A stretch of 63,939 nucleotides of DNA, filler included, from Octopus bimaculoides (taxonomy: Eukaryota): the NCBI RefSeq assembly GCF_001194135.2. It is 5 parts of 5 records of this genome, joined end to end, with 100 filler letters (N's around TTAATTAATTAA, not from the genome) between each part and the next. Parts side by side here need not be neighbours in the genome. Positions count along the whole stretch, not along the records: positions 47,701 to 58,568 come from NC_068983.1; positions 58,669 to 62,093 come from NC_068987.1; positions 62,194 to 63,939 come from NC_069006.1; 2 more parts are not named here. One strand, 5' to 3'. Under the pieces are notes generated by a model that saw nothing but the letters and a program-made list of their open reading frames with translations, did not search any database and was not told where the DNA came from. Positions 51,829 to 63,939 of this stretch are shown here, one piece after another. The position numbers and the translations under genes are program-made. Each line of letters begins with the position of its first letter. Positions within the stretch are counted from its first letter, which is position 1.

Positions 51829-53821
51829 AGATACAGATGGTATATTACAAAATATATTAATAGTAAAAGACAATTTATTGTGAATGCTGCAATATATTTT
51901 ACCATATATCTCATCGATCACGGCAGACGTAGTGTTAAAACAGTTTCTCGAATTTATGTAAAAAAAACAGTACATTTCAAATATATGAATTTTGAAATAC
52001 TATTACGTTATCGGCAATAAGCGGGGGAGAGATCCTCTACGGATCTCCTCTCTAGAAATTCAACTTCTTTTCAGTCACAAACTACATATAGTCTAATTCA
52101 ATAACTTTTCAAAACTAATAATGTTTCAAATTGATCTTCTGACCCGAAAGAGAGAACAAGCTTTTTCTTTATTTTAAATGTTTACTTTTCATTATAACTT
52201 CAAATGTAAGTACGAATGACATTTCATGTTTTTTTTTTTCATCTCTTAGTTATCTATCATTACGACACATAGTTCTAATATTAAGCAAATGATATTCAAA
52301 TTAAATGCGTACACTCTCGTAGAATTCAATGGTTCCGCTTTAGTTCTACCTGGAACGTGTATATTCTAAAAACTGTATTCTATTATTTCCGATACTAGAA
52401 ATTAGATATCTCGTTTTTTTATGAAAGGCTAACAATAATATAAATATTCAAAAGTACTTTCCGACACTCTTCGGCATTAGATACTCCTTTCTAACCGCAG
52501 AATGACAACAATGTTTAACTAAATTGTAACATAAAGCCCAATTGTACACTAATTAAATCACATAATCAATACTGGTCCTAACATGCAATGTAGACAGAAT
52601 TATTTCTGTGCATTAGAATGAGTGCTTGTTATACTATTTGTAAGTGAGACTTCTAAAAGTTTCTAGAGAACTATTGCAGAATCTTTCATCGTCTCGGTTA
52701 TAGGATTGAAGCGTTTAAAGGTCACCGCCTGTGAAGGGTTTGAATGGAATTTATCAAACCCAGTACTTATTTTTGTTGTTTACTATATCTGTATCTTACT
52801 TTTAAACTATGGAGACGTAGACAAACCAACAGCAGTTGTCAACTATCGGGGAATACAGGCATACAGTTACAGACACGTGTATATATATGTGTTTCTGTGT
52901 GTGTGTGAGTGCGTATGTGTGTATTTCTGTGCGTGCAGATGGGCTTCCTCATAGATTTAGTGGAAATGAATTCGAAACCAGACAGTTGAATACGAAGTTT
53001 CTTTACCACACAGTCATTTTTCAGCCTAATGAACATGTAAAAAAGACTAAATGAAATCCGATTGATGTCTTTAATGTGGTCTCCACTGGAAAGGATATGA
53101 TTAATTCAGTGCTGTTACATTACAAGTTATATTTAAAAATAGCTATTTATTAAAGCAGCACACTTTTTTAGGTTAGCTATGTATGTATTCTAACCTCGTG
53201 TTGTACCACTAAAATTAATAAATTCGTGTTTCCAAAGCTTGTACTGTTATGCAAATTATGCGGAAAAATTTAGTAATGTCCGTGTTTGTGTATACTATTA
53301 ACGGCTTTAATATACTCGTCTCTCAGTTGTCAGGAAATGAGTAATCGATCTCTTATGAATAATAAACGTTAAACTAGTTTGATCGATCTATTTTCACTAA
53401 AATAACTAAAATATTAATTTATTAAAAAAAAATCACTCTAGAAAATTTAACTTGTAACTCGATGTCCGTCTGTCACATTTAACACTCTTCATCGATCTCT
53501 GACGTCATATTTCTGTCTTTCTTCTTTGTTGTATATATATATATATATATATATANNNNNNNNNNNNNNNNNNNNNNNNNNNNNNNNNNNNNNNNNNNNN
53601 NNNNNNNNNNNNNNNNNNNNNNNNNNNNNNNNNNNNNNNNNNNNNNNNNNNNNNNNNNNNNNNNNNNNNNNNNNNNNNNNNNNNNNNNNNNNNNNNNNNN
53701 NNNNNNNNNNNNNNNNNNNNNNNNNNNNNNNNNNNNNNNNNNNNNNNNNNNNNNNNNNNNNNNNNNNNNNNNNNNATATACATATATGTATGTATGTATA
53801 TATATGTATATATATATATAT

Positions 53822-53868
<47 letters not shown>

Positions 53869-54323
53869 TACACATAAGTATGCGTATATCCATATACACA
53901 TATTCACGTGCAAACATTAAACGCATACACTCTTTCCCTCCTGCAAAGCAAGCGAATGTATATGGCGGTTTTAGTCCGTTTATATGAATAAGTTTCTTTC
54001 CGTCTTTTCAGTAGCTTATTACACAAGTATTATTAGATCTAATAAAGTNNNNNNNNNNTCCCACAGATTCGCAGTTGCCTGGTGAACGATATAAAAATGG
54101 ATTAGGGACCACAGTTTTGCTTATAAAAAAAAAAAAAAAGACTTGCTGCGATATGTAATTCTATGGTTCATTATTTGTAAGAGATTACACAGCAAATAAA
54201 GTCAGTTGTGGAAACAGAAATACAAATCCCAAAGTGTCTAATCGCATGTTATATTAAAACATTGATACCCGTACGTATGTCCCACCCACATATACGCGTT
54301 GTGTGTGTGTGTGTGTGTGTGTA

Positions 54324-54355
<32 letters not shown>

Positions 54356-54999
54356 TGTGTTTCGTTTATAGAATGATAAATCGATAAATAGACAGTACAG
54401 AGACAGACACACAGATAAATAGATAGATAAATATTTAGCATAATTCTCGTAATAACCTCGTGACGTGAATTTAGCATCTCGTATGCTGTTATATGGTTAT
54501 CACGTTATTGTACACTATTCTATTTCCCAAGGGAGTTGGTATGTACAGGAATGGTCAGTCTTTATCTCTTTTAGTATCTCTGAACGCATCATTTTGTTCT
54601 TCATTTTGTTTTTGTTCTTACTTCTTATAATCTCACCATAAACATAACATAGAAAGTTGTAGTTAACCTGGTACCCGTATTTTCTGCGTATTTGCTTATT
54701 ATGTTGCATCTTGACTATAAACTAATTTTGCTTTTCAATACTATCTGTGAGTTTCGTTGCACAAGCAGAGTGCTGAATATAACACCCAGAACTGGGTATT
54801 CATTCTCACGCTGAGTGAAATGACAGTAGGGTCTAACGAAGGACTTATAGAACTAGCCACCTGAGGAAACTAAGTTTGCACCTTGGAGGGATGATAAGGA
54901 TTACAGAACATCTCACCATTGTACTGCGAGTGTAAAAATCTGCAAACAATTGCAGTCATTTTGAATATAGAATTTTAAATATGTATGTATGTATGTATG

Positions 55000-55047
<48 letters not shown>

Positions 55048-56082
55048 TGCAAACATATATACATATGTGTGTGTGTGCATTGTACTTTCAAGAGCACGTA
55101 TATCGTTCAATGGAAGAAACGAATGCGAAAGAATAAACAATAAGGCGTTTCTTTTCAGGGCGAATGTGTTTAAAGATAGAGATTCTGGAAGTCGTGACTG
55201 AGTGCAATACAACATGAATCCATTGCATATGTATTAAACTGTATTCAACCCATGGCGACAGAATACAAACGATGTGATATGGTAAAAAATAAATAAATAT
55301 AATATTATATAATACATACGTGCACAATGCTTGCAGGAAATAAATTGGTGAAACTACTTTATGTGCAAATGATGAACGCAGCGGCTTGGAAATGCAGGAT
55401 ATGTAGTTAGAAAGTGAATTCAGTATGATTTAACCGTACCGATAAAAGGATCGTGATGAAAAGGAAGGAAAATAGATATCAATATGTTGACATGCAGCAC
55501 AGTAGAAAGGGCATTTGAACATTAGTATATATTTTCAAAGGAATGTGAATTATTGATATTTACCTGTTCCATCGAGATAACACATTCAGAGAAACAGTCA
55601 ATAGAAGTAAATTTGTATTTAAATATAAAAAGTGTATCCCGAACAAAAAAAAAAGCTATCAATGTGTCTATCGGGATTTGGTTGATTAGAAGGAGCAGGT
55701 TACTTCAAAAAGAAATAAGATGGTAATATATGCATTCGAAAAGGGTTCACTAAAAATATTTCTACAAAAAAGTAGATTGCTTGTGTGAAAACTAAATGGA
55801 ACATATGAAAATATTTTTCGTTATTTGTTATACTCTGAATGTAGCCGAGCACCATACACCCATATGTACACAACGCAAGAACGAAACATCAGCAAAAAAA
55901 TAAGAAAAGAACATTGTTAAAGTAAGAACTAGTATTACTACTGCTGCAGCTACTGCTCATGATATACATTCTTCTTCTTCTTCTTCTTCTTCTTCTTCTT
56001 CTTCTTCTTCTTCTTCTTCTTCTTCTTCTTCTTCTTCTTCTTCTTCTTCTTCTTCTTCTTCTTCTTCTTTTAAAAGACCTGA

Positions 56083-56129
<47 letters not shown>

Positions 56130-56133
<4 letters not shown>

Positions 56134-56285
56134 TAGTCTTATTTTCATTACTTGCTTCACTGCACTACCGAGCACAGTTCTGTGTGCCTTGGTTATCTGC
56201 TGTGGTTTGTTGCTCTTATTTTCCTGTATTGAAGGATGCGCGCGATGCCTAGTAGTGCTGTTTGTTTATATATCATATATATTTG
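56130..56285 (-). mobile_element. 3' tail of the same RLE LINE as 4836-5040
   Basis: Reverse complement matches GCACTACTAGGCA...GGCACACAGAGCTGTGCTCGGTAGTG and runs into (TAA)n. Confidence 0.7.
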
Positions 56286-57679
56286 TAATTTCTATTTTTT
56301 TGTTATGTAATTGTCTGAATATTTTCTTATCATACTGTGATAGGTATTCTTTATATGTAGACTCCACATTCTTTTCTTTTCTACTCTAGGCACAAGGCTC
56401 GAGATTCTGTGGGAGGGAGGCCTGTGGATTAGATCGATCACAGAACGCAGCTGCTACTTAATTTATCGAACCCCGAAAGGATGAAAGGCAAAGTCGACCA
56501 CAGTGGAATTTTAAATCAGAACGGAAAGACAGACCAAACACCGCTAAGCATTTCACCCGGCGTGCTAACATTTCTGTTAGCTCGCTACATTTTTTAGACT
56601 CCACATTCGAGTTACCTCTATATTGTTATGGTTGTTGCTGCTGTTGTTATTGTTAATGCGGTGAGATAGCACAATTGTTAGCATACTAGGCAATGGTATT
56701 TGCAGCATTTCGTCCCTTTGCACATTCCGAGTTTATATTCTCCGGTGGTCGACTTTGCTTTTCACCTTTTCGAAGTCGATAAAATAAAAAGCAGTTGATG
56801 ATTGAACTCGATGTATTTGACTTTACTCCGCCTCCCCAAATTTCAGTTCTTGTGTCATTAGTAGAAAGGGTTATTATTATTCGTCTCCCCTGACATTCCT
56901 AAAATTTTAAATCCTTATTATGATTGCTGTTACGGCCCCGAGCTGGCAGAATTGTTAGCACGGTGGACGAAATGCTTAGTGGTATTTCGCCCGTCGCTAC
57001 GTTAAAATTCCTCCGAGGTCGACTTTACCTTTCATCCTTCCGGGGTCAATAAATTAAGTTCCAGTTGAGTACTGAGGTCGATGTATCCCCTTCCTCCAAA
57101 TTCCATGCCTTGTGACTGTAATAGAAAGGATTAGTGATTATCGTTTTTGTTTTTTGTTTTTACTGTAGTAGTTTTTCTTGTTTGATTATTTTTGTTACTG
57201 CTGTGGTTATTAATATTTGCTATTACCAGCAGTATGGAATCTGAAATTTGTGCAGAGATATATCTGCACAAAATCATCGAATTTTCGTAGATGATTAAAA
57301 GATATTAGCAAACCAGAGAGAAAGGAAGAAATGTACTTGCATGTACGAAACAGGAATGAAATTGTGTCGGACGTTCATAACCTAGAACCTGATGATAATG
57401 CATATAGTTATCCAGGCGTATTGGCTTTCGGGTGATCGTGCATTAGGAAATGAAGCGACGACAAACGCTACATTGGAAAGGTTCTATCTTAATTCAAGTC
57501 AACTGGCAAATGCGATCGATACTTAGGTGCTTGGTGTTATAATGCCGGGGTAGCGTATTGAACAAGTGATGATATGAGATGAAACAGATATACGAGGAGG
57601 GAGAACTATGGAAACGCCTAAAACTGAACGAGAAGCTTCAATTCAAGTCAAACGTCAAATGTTTACATCTGAAAACGCG

Positions 57680-57845
57680 TTGTTGGGGGAGAAGAATTAT
57701 GAACATTTGTGACTATGTATATAATGAGTAAATGTCAGTAAACAATGTCCTCATAATGTGAAAGACTTACTAATGCACATTTCAACAGATCTGCCTTTTC
57801 GTTGTGGTAAATTTGAAAAGAAATTTGTTTAGCAAAGTAGGATAT
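57680..57845 (+). pseudogene. Possible heavily decayed C2H2 zinc-finger remnant
   Basis: One frame with stops: LLGEKNYEH...SKQCPHNVKDLLMHISTDLPFRCGKFEKKFV*QS, resembling TGEKPY and H...PF.C..C.KKF.Q.S. Confidence 0.35.
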
Positions 57846-58536
57846 TTTGTAAGAGAATGTAGGCGCTGGAAGTAATGCTGCTGCGCGAACAATTAAAAAG
57901 AGTTAGATACTAGTACAACTGTGTCTTTTGGTAGCCACTCAACATCCGAAACTAAATAGAAAATCCATCACTAAAGACATTTATGTAATCTGTTCGACAA
58001 ATACAATCACTATGCTTAAAGTCAGTTAAAATTATTGATTCAAATGTAACTGTTTCTAAAATGATAGATTTGAATGAATACAAACACCATTATACTATCT
58101 GTTTGAATTTACTACAGCTAAATTCAGACTGAAAATGATCCACATAACACTTTTAAGGGAAAGATTCTATGAGTCGTTCGCTTCCATGCAAATGGAACAA
58201 ATAGATACTGTATACCAAACATTATCTCACATGATACAAAACTTGAATCGTTCATATAATATACATTAGAAACATGACAAAGGAATACATGGATTAGCTT
58301 ACAGCTGTTTCTACTCTAAGGTGATATACAGGCACAGATTTGTGAGCGTGCTGCAACTTATAGCACAAACAACTGTATACTAACGAAATTCATAAGATAG
58401 TCATTATTCCTTTGTGATCTGCCCCACTCATTGCTGCTCCATCATTACCCAACTCTTCGTTCAGAAGCATACATACATTGAGTTCTACTTCAGATTATTG
58501 GTCTCGCAATGCTTAACCGATATACATATACATATG

Positions 58537-58568
<32 letters not shown>

Positions 58569-58668
58569 NNNNNNNNNNNNNNNNNNNNNNNNNNNNNNNN
58601 NNNNNNNNNNNNTTAATTAATTAANNNNNNNNNNNNNNNNNNNNNNNNNNNNNNNNNNNNNNNNNNNN

Positions 58669-58701
<33 letters not shown>

Positions 58702-58819
58702 TTATGAAGGGTAATGTAATCAACCGAACCCGAATGTTACAGGTAATACCGAGTAAGTGCTGTATACCGATTAGTTATGCCCCAGATGTGGATGAAACAT
58801 GAATGGGGGATATAACATG

Positions 58820-59330
58820 GGTCGTGTATTAGCGTGTGTATATATAAAAAAGAACGAGACAAAGAGACGAATGACATAAATAAATTTATATTTTATGTAG
58901 AATGCCTTACAGCTATTTCAGGGAATATTCAATGTATCCCTTGATCGGAGACGGTAATAGAAGAAGTTAAGGATTATTAGATCTGTATGAGTAGATTTGT
59001 AGTAAGAAATGAGAGGGATGCGGAGAAGAAAAAAAAAACGAAGAAAAATACTTGGAATATAGTTCCATTCCAAAAGTAAATATCCATGTATAGAATCCGT
59101 GTGAGTATTTTCCAGTGATAAATATAGTTATAATTACAATTATGTTGGTAGATACAATAATAATTATATTTATCACTGGAAAATACTTTCCGATGAAGGG
59201 ATACATTGAATTATCCCTGAAACAGCTGTAAGACATTGTACATAAAATATAAATTTATTTATGCCATTTGTTTCTTTATCTCGTTCTTTTTTATATATAT
59301 ACATATCTGTATGTATTATCGTATTTAACA
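58820..59330. repeat. Inverted repeat pair (arms about 58820-58950 and 59190-59330), Penelope pLTR-like
   Basis: The arms are reverse complements by eye and each carries a hammerhead motif. Confidence 0.8.
59186..59234 (+). ncRNA. Minimal type I hammerhead ribozyme motif, second family
   Basis: CCGATGA, perfect 7-bp stem II AGGGATA/TATCCCT, GAAAC, palindromic AGCT loop, GUA triplet, then AGAC. The core has U4 changed to C and the 5' strand of stem I is mutated. Confidence 0.65.
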
Positions 59331-60299
59331 GTGGAGCCAGTGAAAGATTTGATGTTTTCATCCCTATTTTCATCCCTATTTTTCGTATTGGATTTAATTA
59401 TANNNNNNNNNNNNNNNNNNNNNNNNNNNNNNNNNNNNNNNNNNNNNNNNNNNNNNNNNNNNNNNNNNNNNNNNNNNNNNNNNNNNNNNNNNNNNNNNNN
59501 NNNNNNNNNNNNNNNNNNNNNNNNNNNNNNNNNNNNNNNNNNNNNNNNNNNNNNNNNNNNNNNNNNNNNNNNNNNNNNNNNNNNNNNNNNNNNNNNNNNN
59601 NNNNNNNNNNNNNNNNNNNNNNNNNNTGGTTTTGGATTTGGTTTTCAAGATTCTTTATCTGAGTTCGTGTGTTGAAGCATAATTTCTTGTATCTGGGGGA
59701 GGGACGTTCTCTTTTAGTGCCTTATTATTTAATACACTCACCGGTTAAGTTTCCACTCCTTTATATATATATTTTCCCTAAAATTTTCGTTGTGTCTTGC
59801 AACATCTGCAATAGTCTTTGACTCTGTCAGTTATCCGAACAGCGTTCTTTTTTTTTTGTTTGTGCGCATATGTATGGGTCAGTGTGCGTGCGCATACACA
59901 TTATGTATGCATGTATGTGTGTGTTTGCAAATAATGTATGTATGTGTGTACGTTTATATGTATGTATTCTACATATTGATGTGTTTGTGTGTTCGTGCGT
60001 TTGTATGTGCGTGTGTGTATGTGTATGTTTGTATGCAGGCGTTTGTTTGCAAGTGTGTGTTTTTTTATGCCTCTGTCTCCGTGTGTGTACATGTCTGAGT
60101 GTTTCTGTGTATGGGATTTTGTGACTGTGTACTGCATCTGTTATGTATGGATGTGTGTCTCCATATGTGTCTTTGTGTGTAGTGAAGTGTGTGTGTGTGT
60201 GTGTGTATACGGTCATGTGTTTCAGTCTTCAGCGCTGGAGTGGCTAGACCGTACCCAACAAAGACCCTGCGAACAACAATCAGGTGACAGGAATGATTG

Positions 60300-60630
60300 C
60301 ACATGCACCAGAACCACCTTGACGAACTACATAAGAAAGTTTAACAGGAAGCTATACATGCAGGTTGAAGGTGCAGCCATTGGTGTCGGTGTAGCTGGAG
60401 ATATGGCTGGCCTCTTCATGACCTGATGGGATAGAAAACTTAAACAATCCTTGGCAGACCATTTCACAAATCGACATTAATATTCGAATTTAGACCAACT
60501 CTAGTAACAGTAATGTAGAAACGGAGAGGAACATAATCGAGAACTATGTCGCTAACGCCATTTACCAAAGTATCAAGGTAACTATAGATTACCCCACTAG
60601 GCACCCCAAAAATGACACCTCGTCCTTGAC
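60300..60630 (+). mobile_element. Penelope-like element reverse transcriptase remnant
   Basis: KFNRKLYMQVEGAAIGVGVAGDMAGLFMT*WDRKLK (motif B-like) and ANAIYQSIKVTIDYPTRHP (motif D/E region). Confidence 0.6.
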
Positions 60631-60697
60631 ACCCAACGGACAACCACTTCAATCAACATTTAACGTCTGTGGTTACTATTTTCGGCTAGTCACTCAG

Positions 60698-61027
60698 TTA
60701 ATTCTTCTGAAGGGTTATTCCATGGACACTTCGCCGGACATTAGAAATTGCCAGGTGAAGCAACTCTCTGTGCCTCATTAGAGCCAGATTGTGAGTTGCT
60801 AGGAATTTAATACAGTGGAGGATTCTAGTTAAAATTTCGCGCCACTCCTGTCTTTCATTTTCAATCTGTAACTGAACTTCTGCATCAATAAACGCTTTAT
60901 TTTCGGCGACACTGGACTCTTCTGCCTCGACGTTTTGCCTCTTCCGACCTTCAACTCCATTTTCCTTTTTCCCAAACATATGTTTCATTTTTCGGTAGCA
61001 CAAGCCTATGAAGGAAGAAAATGACAA
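60698..61027 (-). mobile_element. hAT transposase fragment (DUF4371/ZMYM1-like)
   Basis: IDAEVQLQIENERQEWREILTRILHCIKFLATHNLALMRHRE resembles the I..I.FLA.QNLALRGH.E motif. A possible element terminus AGGGGCGTAGCG lies at about 61810 on the minus strand. Confidence 0.7.
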
Positions 61028-61381
61028 GGTTTAATGCATGTATGTTCACGATTATGAGATTGGAACTGATGTTACAATGTGACTTAGTGATTAACTTAGT
61101 TATATAGGTTGACATCAGTAAGCTAACTTCTTCAAACAATTCCAAAGAAGACACGTACATTTTCGTATAAAGTTTATTGTTGAAAGATTTTTAGTACAAA
61201 AACGATATGCAAGCAAATCTTGCATCAGAACTTAACGATTAAACAAAAAAATGATGAGGAACCATGAAACCCACGATTTTCCACCGTGAGTCAAGCTTTA
61301 TTTTGCCTCATATATGGTAAAATTGACTTACGTTTGTGTAATAATTCACACTGATTTTCAAAAAGTGTGCCGGACTCAAAT

Positions 61382-61505
<124 letters not shown>

Positions 61506-63527
61506 GAGACATGTTGTTTATTAGTTACCGGACTTCTTTTATGACTGATACGTATGGAAGGGTGTTTACAGGCTTTAAAAGTCCAGTAGTTTTAGCAATC
61601 CTGGGGTCAGCGCATGCATTTTGTGAGGTCAAGTAAGAACACCTATTTTGTCTAGAGGTATGGATGACGATATGCAAAACATACCATGCCAGTAAAGGTT
61701 TAAAAACAATTTAATGGCTTAATTAGAAAATGATCTTGGCCAAAATTTCGCGCCCTCGCGAAGTGGCCTCCAGTGCATATGCCGTGCTTGCCCCACCTTC
61801 GCTACGCCCCTATATATATGTATATATTTGTGTGCGTTTGTGTTTGTGTCTGAGTTTGCCCCTCCCACCATCGTTTGACAATCGATGCTGATGTGTTTAC
61901 GTGCCCCCGTAATCAAGCAGCTCGGCAAAATAGACCGATAGAAGAAGTATTAGGCTTACAGAGAATAAGTCCTGACGTCGATTTCTTTCACTACAAATCC
62001 TTTAAGGCGGTGCTGCAACATGGCTGCAGTCAGAATGACTGGAACATTAAAAAAGATAAAAATATATATATATAATATATATATATATATATANNNNNNN
62101 NNNNNNNNNNNNNNNNNNNNNNNNNNNNNNNNNNNNNTTAATTAATTAANNNNNNNNNNNNNNNNNNNNNNNNNNNNNNNNNNNNNNNNNNNNGACATAC
62201 TATGTCATATTAATTAAGATTTCAAATTTAAAGGACATTTAGCAATTGGAGAAGGGACAAAAACTTACAGCTGTTTCGGTCTAGCGTTGGCATGCCCCAT
62301 TCTATCTCTATAGCTCCAATACGCCGGAGTAATTAGTAGATGAAAATGATGTAATGGGGGTACATGCATGATTCGCTAGGCCTCTTCAGAGATTTACAAA
62401 ATTCAATACAAATATAAAATAAGAATAAAGTAAAAATAAAAAATGAAAATATAAAAATATAAGGCACATAAAAAAGCCTACAAAAAGTATATAAAACCAT
62501 ATAGGTAGTTATAAAAACTCCAATATACATGCCTATGCATGTATACATAACCATACGTAGATATATATGGATGCAAAAGCATAGATAGATGAGTACATAT
62601 GTGTGCCCACATGCACACCAAAAGCGGCGGATGGAATAAGTACAGGTGTCGATTTGTTCGGCTAAACTCGTCGATGTAGTGCCCCAGCATGGCCACAATA
62701 CAATAACCGATACGAGTATTATATTATGTGTGTGTGTGGCTTAGTCAAGAGGAAGGGCAATAACCCCGTGACCAATTCCGAGGACAACGATACCGAAATA
62801 GGAATGTATTCTGAAACCGGAGATATTGCCAACTGATTAGACCCCGCTAAATGGACGCAAGGTTCCACCTGGTGGTACTAAGACGGGCGGTGGCTTAAGC
62901 CTACCACCAACTAGGTCGAGGCGGAATTTGAACCCACGGTTCAAGGAGCCAAAACAAATGCCGCAACGGGTCCTTATCCGACGTTAACAATTCCGCTACT
63001 AAGAATCGATCACCGTCCGACACTAGTTCTTCCTCTTAAAAATCCTGGTTGAAGTCAACCTCGACGTGATGTCGACTCTGAAAGCAAACAGATGGTATAA
63101 AATACCTCACGGTGTTTCGCCTAACACCCTAACGATTCCGCCAATTCTGCCGGTTGTATGGACAGACGGACATGTATGCATTCCGTAAAGGTACAAGACA
63201 TAATTAATGGGCATCGGCATTGATCAGAGATGTCATGTTGATGTTATATTTATAAATATATATAAATACACACACATACAGGTATTTCAAGGAGTCTAAT
63301 CAAACATCTCACACGTATATTTTTACTTGCGGACATCGTTTAGTTGACAAAATACATGCTGCCCCGTTTACCGGCAATTACGGTTTAGCAATCGGGATAA
63401 CGATACGTCGGGCTCTTTGAGCAACAGACAACGAAAAATATATAATACTTGTCAGTAACGAAAAAAAAACGATTGATGTAATGGTAAACTGTAAGGAATT
63501 ACAATGAAAGAAACAATAAATAGAAAC

Positions 63528-63561
63528 CTTGATTTCGTTCCGCGATCGGTCCTGCCGCCAT
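63528..63561 (-). CDS. SF3B4: Splicing factor 3B subunit 4 (SAP49), first coding exon (MAAGPIAERNQ + G)
   Basis: Reverse complement reads ATG GCG GCA GGA CCG ATC GCG GAA CGA AAT CAA G|gtttct. This is 10 of 11 residues identical to the recalled human N-terminus MAAGPISERNQ(D), with a phase-1 intron after nt 34 as recalled for human SF3B4. Confidence 0.9.
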
Positions 63562-63564
63562 ATT
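63554..63564 (+). promoter_or_regulatory. YY1-type motif GCCGCCATATT overlapping the SF3B4 start codon
   Basis: Matches the CCGCCATNTT consensus, which commonly overlaps AAnATGGCG starts of housekeeping genes. The surrounding sequence is locally CpG-richer. Confidence 0.45.
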
Positions 63565-63687
63565 CAAGACAAAACATTGTTTGCTGCTGTAACTACAGTA
63601 AAGACAGAGGTCAGACCAGTACAGCACCGGGTCCTCAAACGAATAGAACTGTGAACGATAAAAAAGTAATGATTGATGATGATTCGC

Positions 63688-63910
63688 TTTTTCTCTTTTC
63701 TCTTTTGATTGTTTCAGTCATGTGACTGTGGCCATGCTGGAGCACCACCTTTAGTCGAGCAAATCAACCCCAGGACTTATTCTTTGTAAGTCTAGTACTT
63801 ATTCTATCGATCTCTTTTTACCGAACCGCTAAGGTTACGGGGACGTAAACACACCAGCATTGGTTGTCAAGTGATGTTGGGGGGACAAACACAGACACAC
63901 AAACATATAC
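63688..63910 (-). mobile_element. SINE family C, 3' part, immediately upstream of SF3B4
   Basis: TTTCAGTCATGTGACTGTGGCCATGCTGGAGCACC...GGGGACGTAAACACACCAGC, matching other copies in the window. Confidence 0.8.
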
Positions 63911-63939
63911 ACGCACATACATATATATATATATATATA

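Overview
AT-rich, microsatellite-dense eukaryotic DNA from a gapped short-read assembly. The SINE families and simple-repeat load point to an octopus genome (inference from recalled repeat families, not verified). Two host genes are supported, each only in part. The last three visible coding exons of GPN1 (+ strand: 2470-2552, 6308-6406, 8298-8353, polyA signal 8518) do not join in frame, so at least one exon is missing between the first two. The first coding exon of SF3B4/SAP49 (- strand, 63528-63561, MAAGPIAERNQ) has no downstream exons that I could find in the readable sequence. The rest is tRNA-derived SINEs, Tc1/mariner and piggyBac-type MITEs, decayed LINE fragments (RTE, Tx1/L1, R4/Dong-like RLE), a Penelope-like RT remnant, a hAT transposase fragment and a probable decayed Crypton tyrosine recombinase. 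The most interesting signal is a set of minimal type I hammerhead ribozyme motifs of the Penelope kind. They occur as two back-to-back inverted pairs (about 51.3-51.8 kb and 58.8-59.3 kb) plus scattered remnants, and one copy sits downstream of a tRNA-like pol III head, suggesting a ribozyme-bearing SINE. Four 44N-TTAATTAATTAA-44N blocks are artificial scaffold linkers, so long-range order is uncertain. Apart from TE fragments, most ORFs in the supplied track are microsatellite or N-run artefacts. No CRISPR, rRNA or intact tRNA gene is supported. All protein assignments are by eye from recalled sequences; no database search was run.
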